DNA of 64,000 nt from Moniliella sp. 'wahieum' (taxonomy: Eukaryota). Of the stretch, positions 36,001 through 48,661 are shown one piece after another. How positions within the stretch are numbered: the first letter of the stretch is position 1; each line of letters opens with the position of its first letter. The stretch covers positions 372,001 to 436,000 of the forward strand of contig RSEE01000045.1 in assembly GCA_003971905.1 (NCBI GenBank), written 5' to 3'. The notes under the pieces were generated by a model, which was not told the origin of the DNA, did not search any database, and saw nothing but the letters and a program-made list of their open reading frames with translations. The position numbers and the translations under genes were made by a program.

Positions 36001-37849
36001 TTGAATTGTTTGTGGGTGTTTGCTTGGAGACTCAAGCAAACTCTCTCATCACTTTGGATCCCTATACACTTGTGTCTGTTTTCGACACGTCTGACATCCT
36101 AATCGAATGGCCGTTTTGACCACACACCGTGGCGAGACCCCCCCATCCTTCTGATTATATCGACAAACCAGTAAAGAGATAAAAGGGGAATGACCACATG
36201 CCTTCTTCTCAGCGTGAGCCTGACCTGCATATCGACTGTGCTCCAACTCTCTCTTCTGTCTCTGCCCCTATCAGGCTCTCCTCTTCTTGAAGTATACCCA
36301 ACCATAAATTCTTCTCTTTCTCGCCAGAGAGCGGTCGAGTGCATCCAGACTGCTATCGCGAGCATCTCCGTTACTAGGACACTACACGCTCCCTCCGCAG
36401 CTGATGCAAGGACGGGTGGAACTCCAAATTGACCACTGACTTATACTGCAGTCACCTATATAGTCGTAACATATTCCCCCAAACGACACGGTTAAGTGAA
36501 GGCCCAGGAGGCCTGCCAGTCACCAAAAGAGGGAGGGCCTACTGTATGCAGACGAAATTTTCCTAGCAGATCCGACGGGCTTCTAATATACGGAAGGCCA
36601 CCGGAACCGCCCAGGCCGTGTGAGCAGAAACCCGGTCAGTCATGAGGGGGGAAGGGCAAGGAGGCACAGACCAAGTGGGACACAGAGACGATATCATGAG
36701 AGCGGAACGCAGCCACCGAACAGTGTGTCCAGATCCTGATCAGTTGGGAAAAATTACAATAGTCGAGAAGAGATGACGGAGAAGGCGCTTTCCCCTGAAA
36801 TCCCGGCCCTATCTCCTCTTCGTCAAGTTGGAGGTCCGTCTTAACCACAACAACGACAGGAAGGCAGTGAGGGAACCCTGTAGAGTAAACGTTTGCTGCC
36901 ATACCGTACCGCATCGGGCCCCAATGCCACGAAAACTTACCTCATTCATCAGTCCCGGCAGAAGAGCGACAAGAATAAATTGCATCCCATAAAACAGTAG
37001 GTAAACAAAATCCACAGGGTTCGACGGACAAGTGCGCGGATACGCTTAATTCCCTCCTGCATTATAGACCACTCCGCACAGTGCACAAAAGGAATACCAC
37101 ACGCCTGGGCCCTGTTCATGTCAGTACTTAGTCCGTACCCACAGAGAGGTTTTTGGTCTCAAAACGCCTGTCTCATATGCTCCTGACCAGATTGGCGCCA
37201 AAACTTCCATCTACTGTGCTGGGGGGGTGGCTCTGTCGCTGCAGGCGTTGCTCGGCCTGTTGTCCTATATATGATGCTCTGTTACTGTCCGTGCGTGGCT
37301 CCCATCTGCTTGTGCCCTTCTTGAGGTCTCCCTCGCGGGAGCCATGCTCGCTGTTGCGCTTGTGCGGGGCTGGGCGTTGCTTGAGGGTGGGGGTTGGGGC
37401 GTGATGCAGATGAGGGGTGAGGGTTGGGATGGCATTGGCGGTCACATGCACATGTCGACCACAGGATGGTGGGGCAGCTGGAGGTACGGAGCGCATCACG
37501 TAAGCCTGAGCGGCACAAGGGCGACCGACACGGCACGTGACGGGCGAGCCAACAAGCCCGCCCACAGCGAGGGTGACAGTTTCAAAACAGGTAGAAAAAA
37601 CAGAAGAGAAGGCGCAGGCCAGTCGCCCAGCACCAGGCCGCGCCCAAGGAACACGCCGCACCCGGGCAGTGCTGCGTCGGCGCGCACGCGGCCAGTATGA
37701 GCCAGACCGGCCCACGCGGCTCGATGGTGGCGGCGTGTGGCGACCAAGCGGCTCTGCTGCCCGGTTTGCATTCGGCATTCCGCAGCTGCCCGCCCGTCAC
37801 TCGGCACTTCCGCCCGGCGCCCTTGGCCCCCTCCCACCAACTCCCCGCC

Positions 37850-38959
37850 ATGGCTGATGCTTCCAAGGCCCCCGAGGTCGACCTCGACAACATCATTGAC
37901 CGCCTCTTGGAAGGTGCGTTCTTCTGTCCTGCCGCCAATCGTGCGCCTACTGACTTCCGTCTGGCGTGCCTAGTACGAGGCTCGCGTCCGGGCAAGCCCG
38001 TGCACCTCGAGGAGTACGAGATCCAGCATCTCTGCCTCAAGGCGCGGGACATCTTCATCAACCAGCCCATCCTCCTCGAGCTCGAGGCGCCGATCAAGAT
38101 CTGTGGGGATATCCACGGCCAGTACTACGACCTTCTCCGCCTCTTTGAATACGGCGGCTTCCCGCCCGAGGCCAACTACCTCTTTTTGGGCGACTATGTA
38201 GATCGGGGGAAGCAATCGCTCGAGACGATCTGCCTCTTGCTGGCCTACAAGATCAAATATCCCGAGAACTTCTTCATCCTTCGCGGCAACCATGAGTGCG
38301 CTCCATCAATCGTATTTACGGGTTCTATGATGAATGTAAGTTGCCCTCTCCTGCGCTGGAGCGCCCTCCCACTGATCCTGTTGTTTCTTCTTGAAGGCAA
38401 GCGCAGGTTTAACATCAAGCTTTGGAAGACATTTACCGACTGCTTCAACTGTCTCCCCATTGCGGCCATCATTGACGAGAAGATCTTCACCATGCACGGT
38501 GGTCTCTCCCCCGACCTGCAAAGCATGGAACAAATTCGTCGTGTCATGCGCCCGACCGACGTGCCGGATACGGGCCTGCTCTGCGATCTCCTCTGGTCTG
38601 ACCCCGACAAGGACGTGGCTGGTTGGTCAGAGAACGATCGTGGGGTGAGTTTCACGTTTGGACCCGATGTGGTTTCGCGTTTCTTGCAGAAGCACGACAT
38701 GGACCTGGTTTGCCGCGCCCACCAGGTGGTGGAGGACGGGTACGAGTTTTTCGCCAAGAGGCAGCTGGTAACTCTCTTTTCTGCTCCCAACTATTGTGGC
38801 GAGTTTGACAATGCGGGTGCGATGATGAGCGTGGACGAGACGCTGCTCTGTTCCTTCCAGATTCTCAAACCCGCAGAGAAGAAGCAAAAGTTTGCATATG
38901 GAGGAGTGCATGCCGGGCGACCCATCACCCCTCCTCGCAAACAGAAGAAGCGGCAGTAA
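37850..38959 (+). CDS. GLC7: Ser/Thr protein phosphatase PP1 catalytic subunit; introns 37914-37973 and 38336-38396
   Basis: [45 protein letters not shown] and C-terminal RPITPPR. One 1-nt deletion near 38300. Confidence 0.98.
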   Translation: MADASKAPEVDLDNIIDRLLEGAFFCPAANRAPTDFRLACLVRGSRPGKPVHLEEYEIQHLCLKARDIFINQPILLELEAPIKICGDIHGQYYDLLRLFEYGGFPPEANYLFLGDYVDRGKQSLETICLLLAYKIKYPENFFILRGNHECAPSIVFTGSMMNVSCPLLRWSALPLILLFLLEGKRRFNIKLWKTFTDCFNCLPIAAIIDEKIFTMHGGLSPDLQSMEQIRRVMRPTDVPDTGLLCDLLWSDPDKDVAGWSENDRGVSFTFGPDVVSRFLQKHDMDLVCRAHQVVEDGYEFFAKRQLVTLFSAPNYCGEFDNAGAMMSVDETLLCSFQILKPAEKKQKFAYGGVHAGRPITPPRKQKKRQ

Positions 38960-39304
38960 GCTCCTTTCGAGGAGGGGAGGCTAGCTGTATGCCTCGGGGC
39001 TACCCCGCCAGGACTCTCGTCGGTCCTTTCCTAGGCAGATTGAGGCTTTCGTCTTTGCCCCCCCCCCCCCCCCTCCCCTTCTTGGCCTGCGTATTGCCAT
39101 GTTTCATTCGATGATGGTCCTTACGCTGAACTTGGTCAGTGCTGCAGCTTCAATGTAGCCTGCCCTCTGCTTGGCTTGTTTTGTCCCGGGAAAACATCCG
39201 TTAGGTTGGTGTGGTCCCGGCAAAGGCTTGTACTAGACGTCTATCTGCAAACCGAACCTCTCCCCCAAAGCCACATAGCGAGGTACATCTCAGCTGCGTC
39301 AAAT

Positions 39305-40066
39305 CTAGTACGTGAGCGACCAATTCCCAATCCCACAGGCTGCCGTCGTCGTACAGCAAGCATCGCATACGGCCCTCGCCCGAATCCCGACCTGAAACTC
39401 AGCATTCCGTACCAGATACATTAGGCCAGGGAAAGGAGGTACCAAGCGAACCAACGGGTCTGCCAGCCTTGCCAGAGGGGCTGCCCTAGGCACTCGCCTC
39501 GGCAGCCTTTTGGCCGCGAGCCACTCGTCAAAGTCACCAAGGATGTAGTGTTTCAAGTACTCGGCGCGCTCTGGGTCATTGCGATGCGGCCAGCGAGTGT
39601 AAGGGTCAAATTGCAAGTTGGTGCGGAAGGGGGCGGTGTAGAGCTGTGGAAAGAGAGGTTAGTCCTTGTCCTTGTTGTTGTTGTTGTCCTTGCCTGCCAT
39701 CCTTGTTGGTCCTTCCCCGAGCGGCAGCGAGAGCAACGGGTGAAGGACGGCAAGGGAGAAAAACAAACGTACCGCGTCGTCCCACACCAACCAGGCAACA
39801 AAAGAGGGAACGATGATACAGCCAATGATGACCACAGCCGTGGCGGTGGGGGTAAACTCAAAGTTACGGTCGGTGTGGTTTCGCATCACCGCCCACCGCT
39901 CCACATTTTCCGATTTGCGCAGCCCCCATTGAGCTTGGATGATGAGGGTCGCGGTTCGGCCCATGGGCAGCGAGTTGGCGTACAGATGCCCCAAGTTGGA
40001 CCGGGCGCGAGGCGCGCACAGAGGTGCCAAGGATGCCCGGAGAAGCGAAGCACCCGTCGCGCGCAT
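39305..40066 (-). CDS. NDUFB4/NB5M-like single-TM mitochondrial protein; intron 39644-39772
   Basis: ENVERWAVMRNHTDRNFEFTPTATAVVIIGCIIVPSFVAWLV resembles the fungal complex I B15 subunit motif. The GTACGT...CTAAC...CAG intron joins in frame to ORF 39305-39616. Confidence 0.6.
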
Positions 40067-40260
40067 CGTTCTGTCCCAATTGGTGGTGGGGGCGCCCGCC
40101 TGGCCTGGACGGGCTCGGGCAGGCCATTACAAAGCAGCCAACGGCGGAATGCACAATGCACGCACCGGCGGCGGAATTTCCGAGGTTGATATAATCGTCG
40201 ATCGCTATCAGCACGGCCCAGATGGGACGTTTTGGGTTGGTACCACCAGCCTGGTTTACC

Positions 40261-41859
40261 ATGTGGTTCCCTTGGGCTGCGCTGCTCGTTGTTGCCGCTT
40301 CCGTCAGGGCGACTCAGCTTCCCTTTGTGTCCCGCACCGATCCGATCCGCATCGAGCTGGGCGGCGTGGCGACGGAACAAGCTGATGGCCGCTCGGTGCG
40401 GGAACGCATCGCAGCAGCGACGATGCTCACTGGCACCCATGCCATCTTGACTCACCCCGACGTCCCAAGTGAGCGTGCGCATGAAGCGGATCCATGCTGG
40501 TAGCAACACCACCTCTGCAGGATCAAGTGATCCCGAAGCCTTTGTGACGAGGGGCGTGACGAGCGGGAGTGGGTACATTGATTCGATTGATGGCAAGTCG
40601 TGTTCTTTTACTTTTTCGAGTCCCGTACCAATCCCTTGAAGGACCCGTGCTGCTCTGGACCAATGGCGGCCCAGGATGCGCTCCCAATGGGTCTTTTATG
40701 GAACTGGGGCCGTGCGCATCACCCCGAGTCCAAGCACCGTTCAGGACCCCCGATCAACGCCACGAGTACAACCCCTACTCGTGGAACGAGCGGGCCAACA
40801 CCATCTTTATCGACCAGCCGGTGGCGTGGGCTTTTCATATTCGCGGTATGGGATTGAGGGGGCGAGAGCGACACGGGAGCCAAGGATGTGGCTCGGTTTC
40901 TTCAAATCTTCTTCGGCGTTCCCCGAGTTTCATCAGGCTGCCAGCGAGGCAGGTTTCATCTTGCGGGCGAGTCGTATGCCGGCCGGTACCTTCCTGTTTT
41001 GCGGCGGAAATTGTGGACCGGAACCGGGCAGTGGAGGAAGCAGCGTGGCGGGCCGGAAAGGAGGTCGACCCCAAGAAGCTCATCCCTCTCGATTCGGTCC
41101 TCATTGGCAATGGACTGACGGATGTATCGACCCAGTTCCCCTCGTATTATGAGTATGCCTGCACTCGCAACAATGGCTTGCACAGCCCATCTTGGACATT
41201 GCCTCCTGCACCCGGATGAAGGTAACGGCCGAGACGTTGTGCCGCCGATCTCACTCAACATTGCTCTGTCTCCTACAACCCTGACCGTTGCACCAATGCG
41301 GCAACAATTTGCGAATCCGAGCTGGCAGAAGCCTTCTTTGCCACGGGCCGCAACCTACGATATTTCGGACCCTTGCCGGTCTGGAATCGAGACGTTGTGC
41401 TACAGCATCACGGACGACATTAGTCTCTATCTTGATCGGGAGGACGTGCGGGAACTGGTGGGCGCCGAGCCGATTGGGTCCATTGGCCATTTCGCATCCT
41501 GCAACGGGCGTGCTCACCGAGTTCTACCGAAACCGCGACCCGTTTGTGGACAATCGCAGGTACATTGCGCTTCTTCTCGAGTCGGGGTGAGAATTCTGAT
41601 CTACAATGGTGATCTCGACTTTTGGTCAACTATGTCGGGCATCAAAAGTCCGTCGACACACATGGAGTGGAACGGCCAGGACGCCTTCTGGCCCAGCCGC
41701 TGAGAGGAGTGGATCGTATGGATCCCCTGCTGGAAAAACGCGCTCGGCGGACGGCCTGACCTGGGCAACGGTGTACAAAGCCGGGCACATGTCCCGTGGG
41801 ACAAGCCTATTGAAGCCCAAGTTATGCTCCATCGCTGGCTGGCCAAGCAAGACCTTTAA
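40261..41859 (+). CDS. PRC1: Serine carboxypeptidase S10 (carboxypeptidase Y-like), frameshifts
   Basis: Signal peptide MWFPWAALLVVAASVRA, FYFFESR..P..DPVLLWTNGGPGC, FIDQP, catalytic GESYAG, ILIYNGDLD and TVYKAGHM. Confidence 0.93.
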
Positions 41860-42085
41860 TCTCCTTTTTCCCTCTCCAAACGAGACGGTGTTCTAGGCCG
41901 CTTTTAATTGATCCTCCACATGTCGGGCTGGGCCCGTCGAGGTGGGAAAATGCAACAGCGTTATCACAGCTTGTGAATGGTTGGATGTGGTCATTGCGCC
42001 TGGTTTGCTCTTGAATCCCATGCTGGTATGAAGGGCACGGGAAACAAGCCTGTGGAAAGAGGTGCAAATAAGGCCATAAAAATTA

Positions 42086-42185
42086 CGTTCCATGTTGGGC
42101 TCGAACCAACGACCTCCCGATGCCAAATGAGCACGATAGGGCCGCCTTAACAGTCGGACGCTCTAGCCAACTGAGCTAATGGAAC
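42086..42185 (-). tRNA. tRNA-Asn (GTT) with a 26-nt intron (42122-42147)
   Basis: Reverse complement folds as acceptor GTTCCAT/ATGGAAC, D arm GCTC/GAGC, anticodon arm TCCGA-CTGTTA[intron]A-TCGGG, T loop TTCGAGC. A T-run terminator follows. Confidence 0.95.
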
Positions 42186-42626
42186 TCTTATCTCCAGAAC
42201 CTTCCATACAGCACACCACACATCGTGTTAATCAGCTTGGACTTGTCTGTTCGGGTCGATCGACAACCATACAACCTGTTGACTTCCTATTTGGTTTCCA
42301 TCCGAGACGTGAACGTAGGTAGAGTAAAGTGATTGAAGTCATCCCTTAGCAAACGATGGGGCAAATATAAGATGCAAGCAGGAACCTTGTTTTACGTTGT
42401 CAATCAGTTGTACACCATCAAACATAAAAGGCAATGAAAGAAAGCTCCCACACACGTAAAATGTAGAGGAAGTTGACAGAATTGGGTAGTCGTTATATAC
42501 ACAGGTGCGCCAAGCAAATGAATGAAGTTGGTGTTGAATTTCTTCCACAAAAGCAGGCGGTTCCAAAGCAAAAAAGAAACCAAAACCAAAACCAAAACGA
42601 TGGAGAAGAGAGGTGTGCGGGGGGGA

Positions 42627-44704
42627 TCACGGGTTATCTATCACACGAATGGGGCAATAAGCCGAGACACGAACAGGCGTGACTCTGGGTAGTAGAACCG
42701 ACCTGTCAGTTGTAGGGTAGGTGTATCGGCCATGCCCTGAAGCAGACGGGAGGGGTTTACGCTTGACCACGCTCACCATGCGACGGAAAACGCCAGTCTT
42801 TTCCACAGAGGAAGGGAGAATTTCTCCAGTAACCGATGGGCGGGGAAGAGGAACAGAGCCGTTCGCCTTGACATCGTCTTCATGCATACGTACCGACGGT
42901 ACACGCGGTAGCTGGACGCTTTGGTGTGGGAGGAGCGCATCGACGGGCGAGACGGCCACGGGGAAACGTTCAGAGGAGAAGCGGGACGGGTTGATGCCGA
43001 GGAAGACGTGGAACTCGTTGACGAAGATGATTCCGCTGGGCTGGAGGAGACCATTGGGCTCCGGAGGCTTGAACGGGACGCGCTGCAGCGCCCGACGGAG
43101 ACGTTGCTTGGTTTGTGGGAATTCGCTCCGGCTCCTGTCGCGGGCAAGTTCAAGCGGCACCCCTCGATCTCATGAGCGGCATGGGCGTCACCGTAGAGTG
43201 CAACCCAATCCTTGCCTTAATGGCCTGTTCGTTTTCTCTGTCACTTTCAGCCGAAGCGCCCGTTCCATCTCATCAATCTCCCGGAGAACGTGGCAAAATG
43301 GTTGTGCCGTCCGACGACTTGACGGAGAATGGTACCATCCGATTGACCGTACACCCAAGTGATGCGTCCCAACCATCTCTGATTCCTTGGCGGTCATAGG
43401 TAGTCTTGCCATGAATGTGAGGGCCGAGATGGAAAGCAGAAACACGCAGTTTGCGTCGGACGCCAGTTCCCGATCCCGAATGTAGGGGTCTTTCCTTCCG
43501 TGTCGATCCACTTGGTTGCCTCCCAAACTCCTTGACCAAACCCATGTGGGTCGCTTGCTTGGCTGCCTTCTCCTTCTGTGAGAAGGTCAAGTCATCCCGT
43601 CGACCGGCTCGGTGAACGTAAAGGCGTTCTGCACCTACCACCCATATCTTCCACCAAGTAATGGGACGGGATATGCTCCCACAATCCGCGCCGGACTTGA
43701 TAAACGCAATCTTTCACGCACCACGGGGTCAAGCAACGGGGAAAAGAGTCTTCCACACTCCCGAAAAGATCCAGGGAGCTCCGACGATGTACAGCTTGCC
43801 CAGCGACTCAGGGTAGTAGGAGGCTTCGAGGCAGTGGATGATGTAGGGACGGTATGGAAATCCACTGTAGAGACAAAGATCAGCATTCCGCACGGCACTG
43901 GCAAAAGGCAGAGAGAAGCACGAACTGTTGCCAAGCCAAACCCATTTAGGTCGAACAGGAATACAAGCTTCTGCTGCATGGGGTTGAGCAGACGGTACAG
44001 TTCGTTGGCCCAGAGTAACGTAAGGTCCTGGTGTGGTGCGGCGGCTGGGCGTGGCCAAGTGTTTGGCGACGTGGATGATCACAAGCGGCTGGCCCTGAGC
44101 GGTCGTGCCAAACGCATAGGTCTTGAGCGAGCGCTGTTGGTCAAGAAACTTGGGGTCCTCAGCGGGCGTTGCCCAAGTCAGCCTTGGCTAGCATCTCGTC
44201 CATCTTGGAATCCAAACGGAAGCGGATGGTGGCACCACACATGTTCATGGCACGAGAGACGTTGTGCTTCCGTGCGCGGAGGGAGGAAGCGGGAGAGCAT
44301 GTAGTCGGGACCATCCGCATCAATCAGGTCCCACAATCCCTTCCGAACAGCGTCGGGCCCATACCGCTTCAGCAGCTCGTCCATCTGCCCTTGCTCGTGG
44401 GCCATGTGCTGCGCGGCCTGTTCCTGGTCGGACTTGGCTTTCTTGGTGGGGCCAGTGGCGGCGGAAGGCAAGGCGGAGGATGCATTGGCGCCCTGGGCGG
44501 CACCCTTGGGCCCCATTGACCAGGTAAAGTACACCTTCCACATCTCCGCAGGTTGGCTGCTCCTCTGGAGTCAAGGAGGCCTCGGGCGGGCATAGGCAAA
44601 GTCGTCCATTCCTTGGCATGGGGGCCTCCGAGATGGATGCAGTTATACTTGCCGGGCTCCCAGCGGTGTGGCAGCGGGTGTGCCGGTTGCGGTGTGCTGG
44701 CCAT
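42627..44704 (-). CDS. CSR1: CRAL-TRIO (Sec14-like) phosphatidylinositol transfer protein, Csr1/Sfh2 type, with a Ser-rich C-terminal extension; frameshifts
   Basis: PDYMLSRFL(RARK), LVFLFDLNGFGL, YIIHCLEASYYPESLGKLYIVGAPWIFSGVWKTL, PLLDPVVRE and LGPHIHGKTTYDRQG. The 3' end is approximate. Confidence 0.87.
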
Positions 44705-45023
44705 GGCGATGGTGGGGGGGGGGGAGAGGCTGGGCAGGCGGAGTGTAAAATAGCTGCGGGGAGTGTAGGCGATGGATTGCGGGGCGTTGTGGGGGGCTAA
44801 AGTGGGGGCGGACCAGACGCACAACTTTTAGATCGTGCTTGCAAGCCACAGTGTGTGTTTACATTTCAACCTCGCCGTGGCCGTGTGTGCGGCACGAAGG
44901 CGGCAGTGTCAAAAAACCCCCCATCCGAGGCAGCACAACGGGCGCATGCGCGGGGCACAACACCCACAGCACAGGGTGTGTGCTGGCGCGGCAGACGCAG
45001 CGCCAGCTGACCCTGACAGGTCT

Positions 45024-45186
45024 ATCACGTGAGTGTGGCACAGGGCTGCACTGGCCTGCTGGCAGTGACATGTGACGTGTGGCCGCCGACAGGCTGCTGT
45101 GGCGCAATGCACACCCCATGCAGCATGCGGCATGCATGATCCGTGCGCCACGCACACGTGACCAGTGACCATGCCACCCACGTGAC
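45024..45186. promoter_or_regulatory. Three RTCACGTG E-boxes (Cbf1-type bHLH sites) in the CSR1/MKT1 divergent promoter
   Basis: ATCACGTGA at 45024-45032, CACGTGAC at 45155-45162 and CACGTGAC at 45179-45186. Confidence 0.5.
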
Positions 45187-45292
45187 TGCTCGCGCGCGCT
45201 GCTCGGAAGGTCGGCGGCGCTGAGCTCAGCAGCCCCCCCGCCTCGCTCGCCGCTGCCAGCGCTCCCCCGCCAGCGCCGCCACGACGCCCGCC

Positions 45293-47747
45293 ATGATCAG
45301 CGGCCTCGCCGAGTATCTGCACGACGCGGGCTGGTCAAGACCGTGCCCCTCGATGCGCTCGCCCACACCCGCCTCGGCCTCGACCTCGCCGTCTGGGTGC
45401 GCGCCGTGCTCGCCGAGCAGCCCGAGCCACTGACTGCCGCCGTCGGCGGCCTGCCCCTCGCGCTCGCCGAGCGCATCTCCCACCACATCGCCACCCTCCA
45501 GCGTGCCCTCGTTCTGCCCGTCGCCGTCATCCCGGGCATGGCCCCTGTCCGCTCCTACCCGCCCTTCAGCCACACCGACCACCGCCCCGCCGACCGCGCC
45601 AGGGCGTGGGAACTGTACGAGGCCCACGACCTCCCTGCCGCCACTGCCGCCTTTGCCCAGTCCAACTCCCTCTCCCCCCAGGACTTGGTTCGCACCACAC
45701 TCAAGGCATTGCGGGTCCACAATGTTCCTTTCCTTACAGCCCCCTTTCTGGCAGCGGCCCAGGTACGTCCTCTCCCCGTCCCGCGCCTGCGCTGCTGACC
45801 CTTGCTCGTCGCAGCTGGCCTACCTGGAGCGCCACCCCGCAGGCTTCATCCATTCCATGTACGGCAACGAGACACTGCTCATGTTTGACGGAGTGGAGCG
45901 CGTCATCACCTCGATTGATCTAGAAAAGAAGACGTTCAGCTTTGTATCCAAGGCTGCCGTGCTATCGGAGCTGAAGTGCAGCTCGGACGAATTTTTGGAT
46001 GCTTGCATTCTCTCTGGCTTTGAACACTGCCCTACATTCCCCCCCCTGTTGGATGGACCCCTGGCACAAGGATCTCCGCCCAGGGTCACCCCCCCTGCGG
46101 TCGTCGCCTTGGTCAGTACCGGGGCGGACAAGCGGCTGTGACGACCCTCGGTGGGGGGCCTAGCAGGGCCAACATCTACCTGGACTCGTTCTGTCGTGCT
46201 CGCTCGATGATCAAATTTTCACTTATCTTGTCCGAGGACGGCAAGGTGCTTCCGCTTCCTGTGGCCATTGGTCGGCCGCAAGGGAAGAGAAACGATGCTC
46301 GTCGTGCCGGCTCGGCGGTCGAGGGCGCGGGCGCGCACACCACGAGTCCGGGCAACCCTCCTGCGATTCGATTGGGAAATGGAGTTCTTGCGCCCACGGC
46401 GAGCCCGCTTCCTGAAGTACCTTCGGATTTGCATGAGATTTTCTTCAATCGGTTGCCGGACGAGATTTATACCCACCTGGCTCGCGGCTTGATTGGTCCG
46501 CAAATTTACCACTCGCTCTTGAGTGGCCAGTGCGTTGAACTGGAACCCCTAGAGGGCGGTGCGCTGCCCGAATACCACCACTTTGTTCGGCACACGTTGT
46601 TGGAGACCCACAGAGTCCCAAGTGTGTCAGCCTTGCCTTGGCGCGACCCAGCTCTCGGAGTACTGGAAGAACCGACGGGTGGCCGCCTTGTATTGGTTTG
46701 ATCCACGACATGCTCATGAGCTCAAATGGTCTTGCAACGAGACCCAAGCTCTCCTCACCCGCGTTTCTCGCTGGAACGTGCCCGGTAGCACCATCTCTCA
46801 TGCTTTGACCGAGCAACCGTACGGAAGGATTGACCTGCTACTCTGCCTCTGCAACGGCCAACACCCACCGGGCTCAGACTACCATCACGCCCTGGGGGCC
46901 GAATCATGCGCCGCTGAAACGCAAGGACGAGGTGGTGGTCAACACGCGCTTCCGTCTGCTGGAACTCAGGGGGTTTGTCAACCACGAGCACCTCCACACC
47001 GAGCTAGGTCGGGCTCTGTTTTGGCCATCAAGGAATTGCACGTCAACGACCCGCTGCAAGAACCGTTGTATGTGGCGTTGGAGTTGGTGCGAGCGTATGT
47101 GCTGCATTCGCGGTACTTTAACCATGGTCACAACCGTCTTCTCGGGCGGCCCGGCCCTTGAGGCGATTGATGGCGTGGGCGACAAGGCGCTGGAAGAAAT
47201 CGGCATCTGCTCCTGGTGATGCGAACCATGTCGTTGGTGCCCATGACCTTCTTGCCACAGAGTTGGGATGCGCCCTTGTCGCGGGAACTGTTGGCGTTCC
47301 ATGCGTTTGCGCGGGCCATGACGCGCTCCCTGCGCTCGCTAGCGGAAACGATTGCGAGCCATATGCTTGTCTCGGGGGCAGCCAAGTGCAAGGACAACGA
47401 GGTGTTGGGGGCCATTGCGCTCAGTCTGCCCTTCCAGTCCGAGCCCAACACGGGCCTGGGCGTGATTGCCAAGTGCTACACAGAAGGCTTGCTGACCTTC
47501 CTTGGCAAACCGGCGCACCAAGCCGACCCTGACGAGGTGGCGGAAGCCAAGTCGATCTTGGTCTCGATGCTGCAGGGCAACTTCCCAGAGATTCGGGATG
47601 TACGGCTGGAGCTGGTCCGGGGATTCCGCTTCTGCGCGCCCTTTTGGTCGCGGTGCGTCTGCTGGATAAGGAGGGCCAGTTGGACAAGGAGTATGTGCAA
47701 CAGTTTGAACTGGCCGACCAATGGTTGCAGCCCATGGTTTGGTGTAA
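45293..47747 (+). CDS. MKT1: Mkt1 (XPG/PIN-like post-transcriptional regulator); intron 45763-45814, frameshifts
   Basis: RLGLDLAVW, EPLTAAVGGLPLAL, FLTAPFLAAAQ|LAYLE, DEFLDACILSG, VPSDLHEIFFNRLPDEIY, RLLELRGFV and WDAPLSRELLAFHAFARA. Confidence 0.9.
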
Positions 47748-48661
47748 TCACAATGATGCATGGCAGATCTGTGCAGCCGACACAGTCCACAATCCAACTC
47801 TTTCCATATATGTGATTCGTCGTATGGGAAAACAAGGTGGCACAGAAATGAGGGCCACATGTACGTGTGCCGAGGCGAGCGAAATGGGGAGAAGAGAGTG
47901 CTAACCCAACAGAGTACTAACCCAAGGGAATCCAAGGAATGGGAGAAAACCCCATGTGTTGATCTGAACCGAGATGAGGGTGGTGGGAAAAGAATGTTAC
48001 CTGGCAGATATACTATGCGCCTGTGCCCTGCATCGTGCCTACCAAAGTTGCACTGCTGCCAAGGCGTGCTGGGCTCGATCTATCTTCATGCTAGGATCCC
48101 GATACAAATCTGGACCCTTACCACGAGTAGAAAGTACTAAATCCGGATGACGGACAACACAGGGGCCACCTGGAGGAGGGCGGGGGTGCAAGCCTGTCAA
48201 GCCTTCCTTGTTTCTATCCATCTCTATCCCTCTATCCCGGCCAACTTCTTCGTGGGATGGGACCTCTATCGATCGCGCGCGACGGGCGAAAAAAATATGA
48301 GTTGGTTGTGCAGAGCAGGTAAAATGGCGCAGTTCCGGCCAGGTGTTAGGTCAGTGGACATGTGACATTCACATGACAATCAGTAGTGGCTCCAACCTAT
48401 TCCTTCGACCACGAGCCGTAATGTGCATGGGATCTCAGTTCCAGACGCGGACGAGACGGCCTTGTGCATGCTAAGCATGCCCATTGGGACTTCTTCAGCA
48501 AAGTGGATGAGTGGGAAATAAGCAGCGGGGCCCAGGCCGCGTTGGGGACGGACTACGAGCCTGCGTAAGCGCTGAACGCACTGCATTTGATTCGGCAGCA
48601 GGAAGAATGTGATCACAGATGGAGCGAGAGGGCCTGGTACAAATACAGCGTGTGAAGATGA

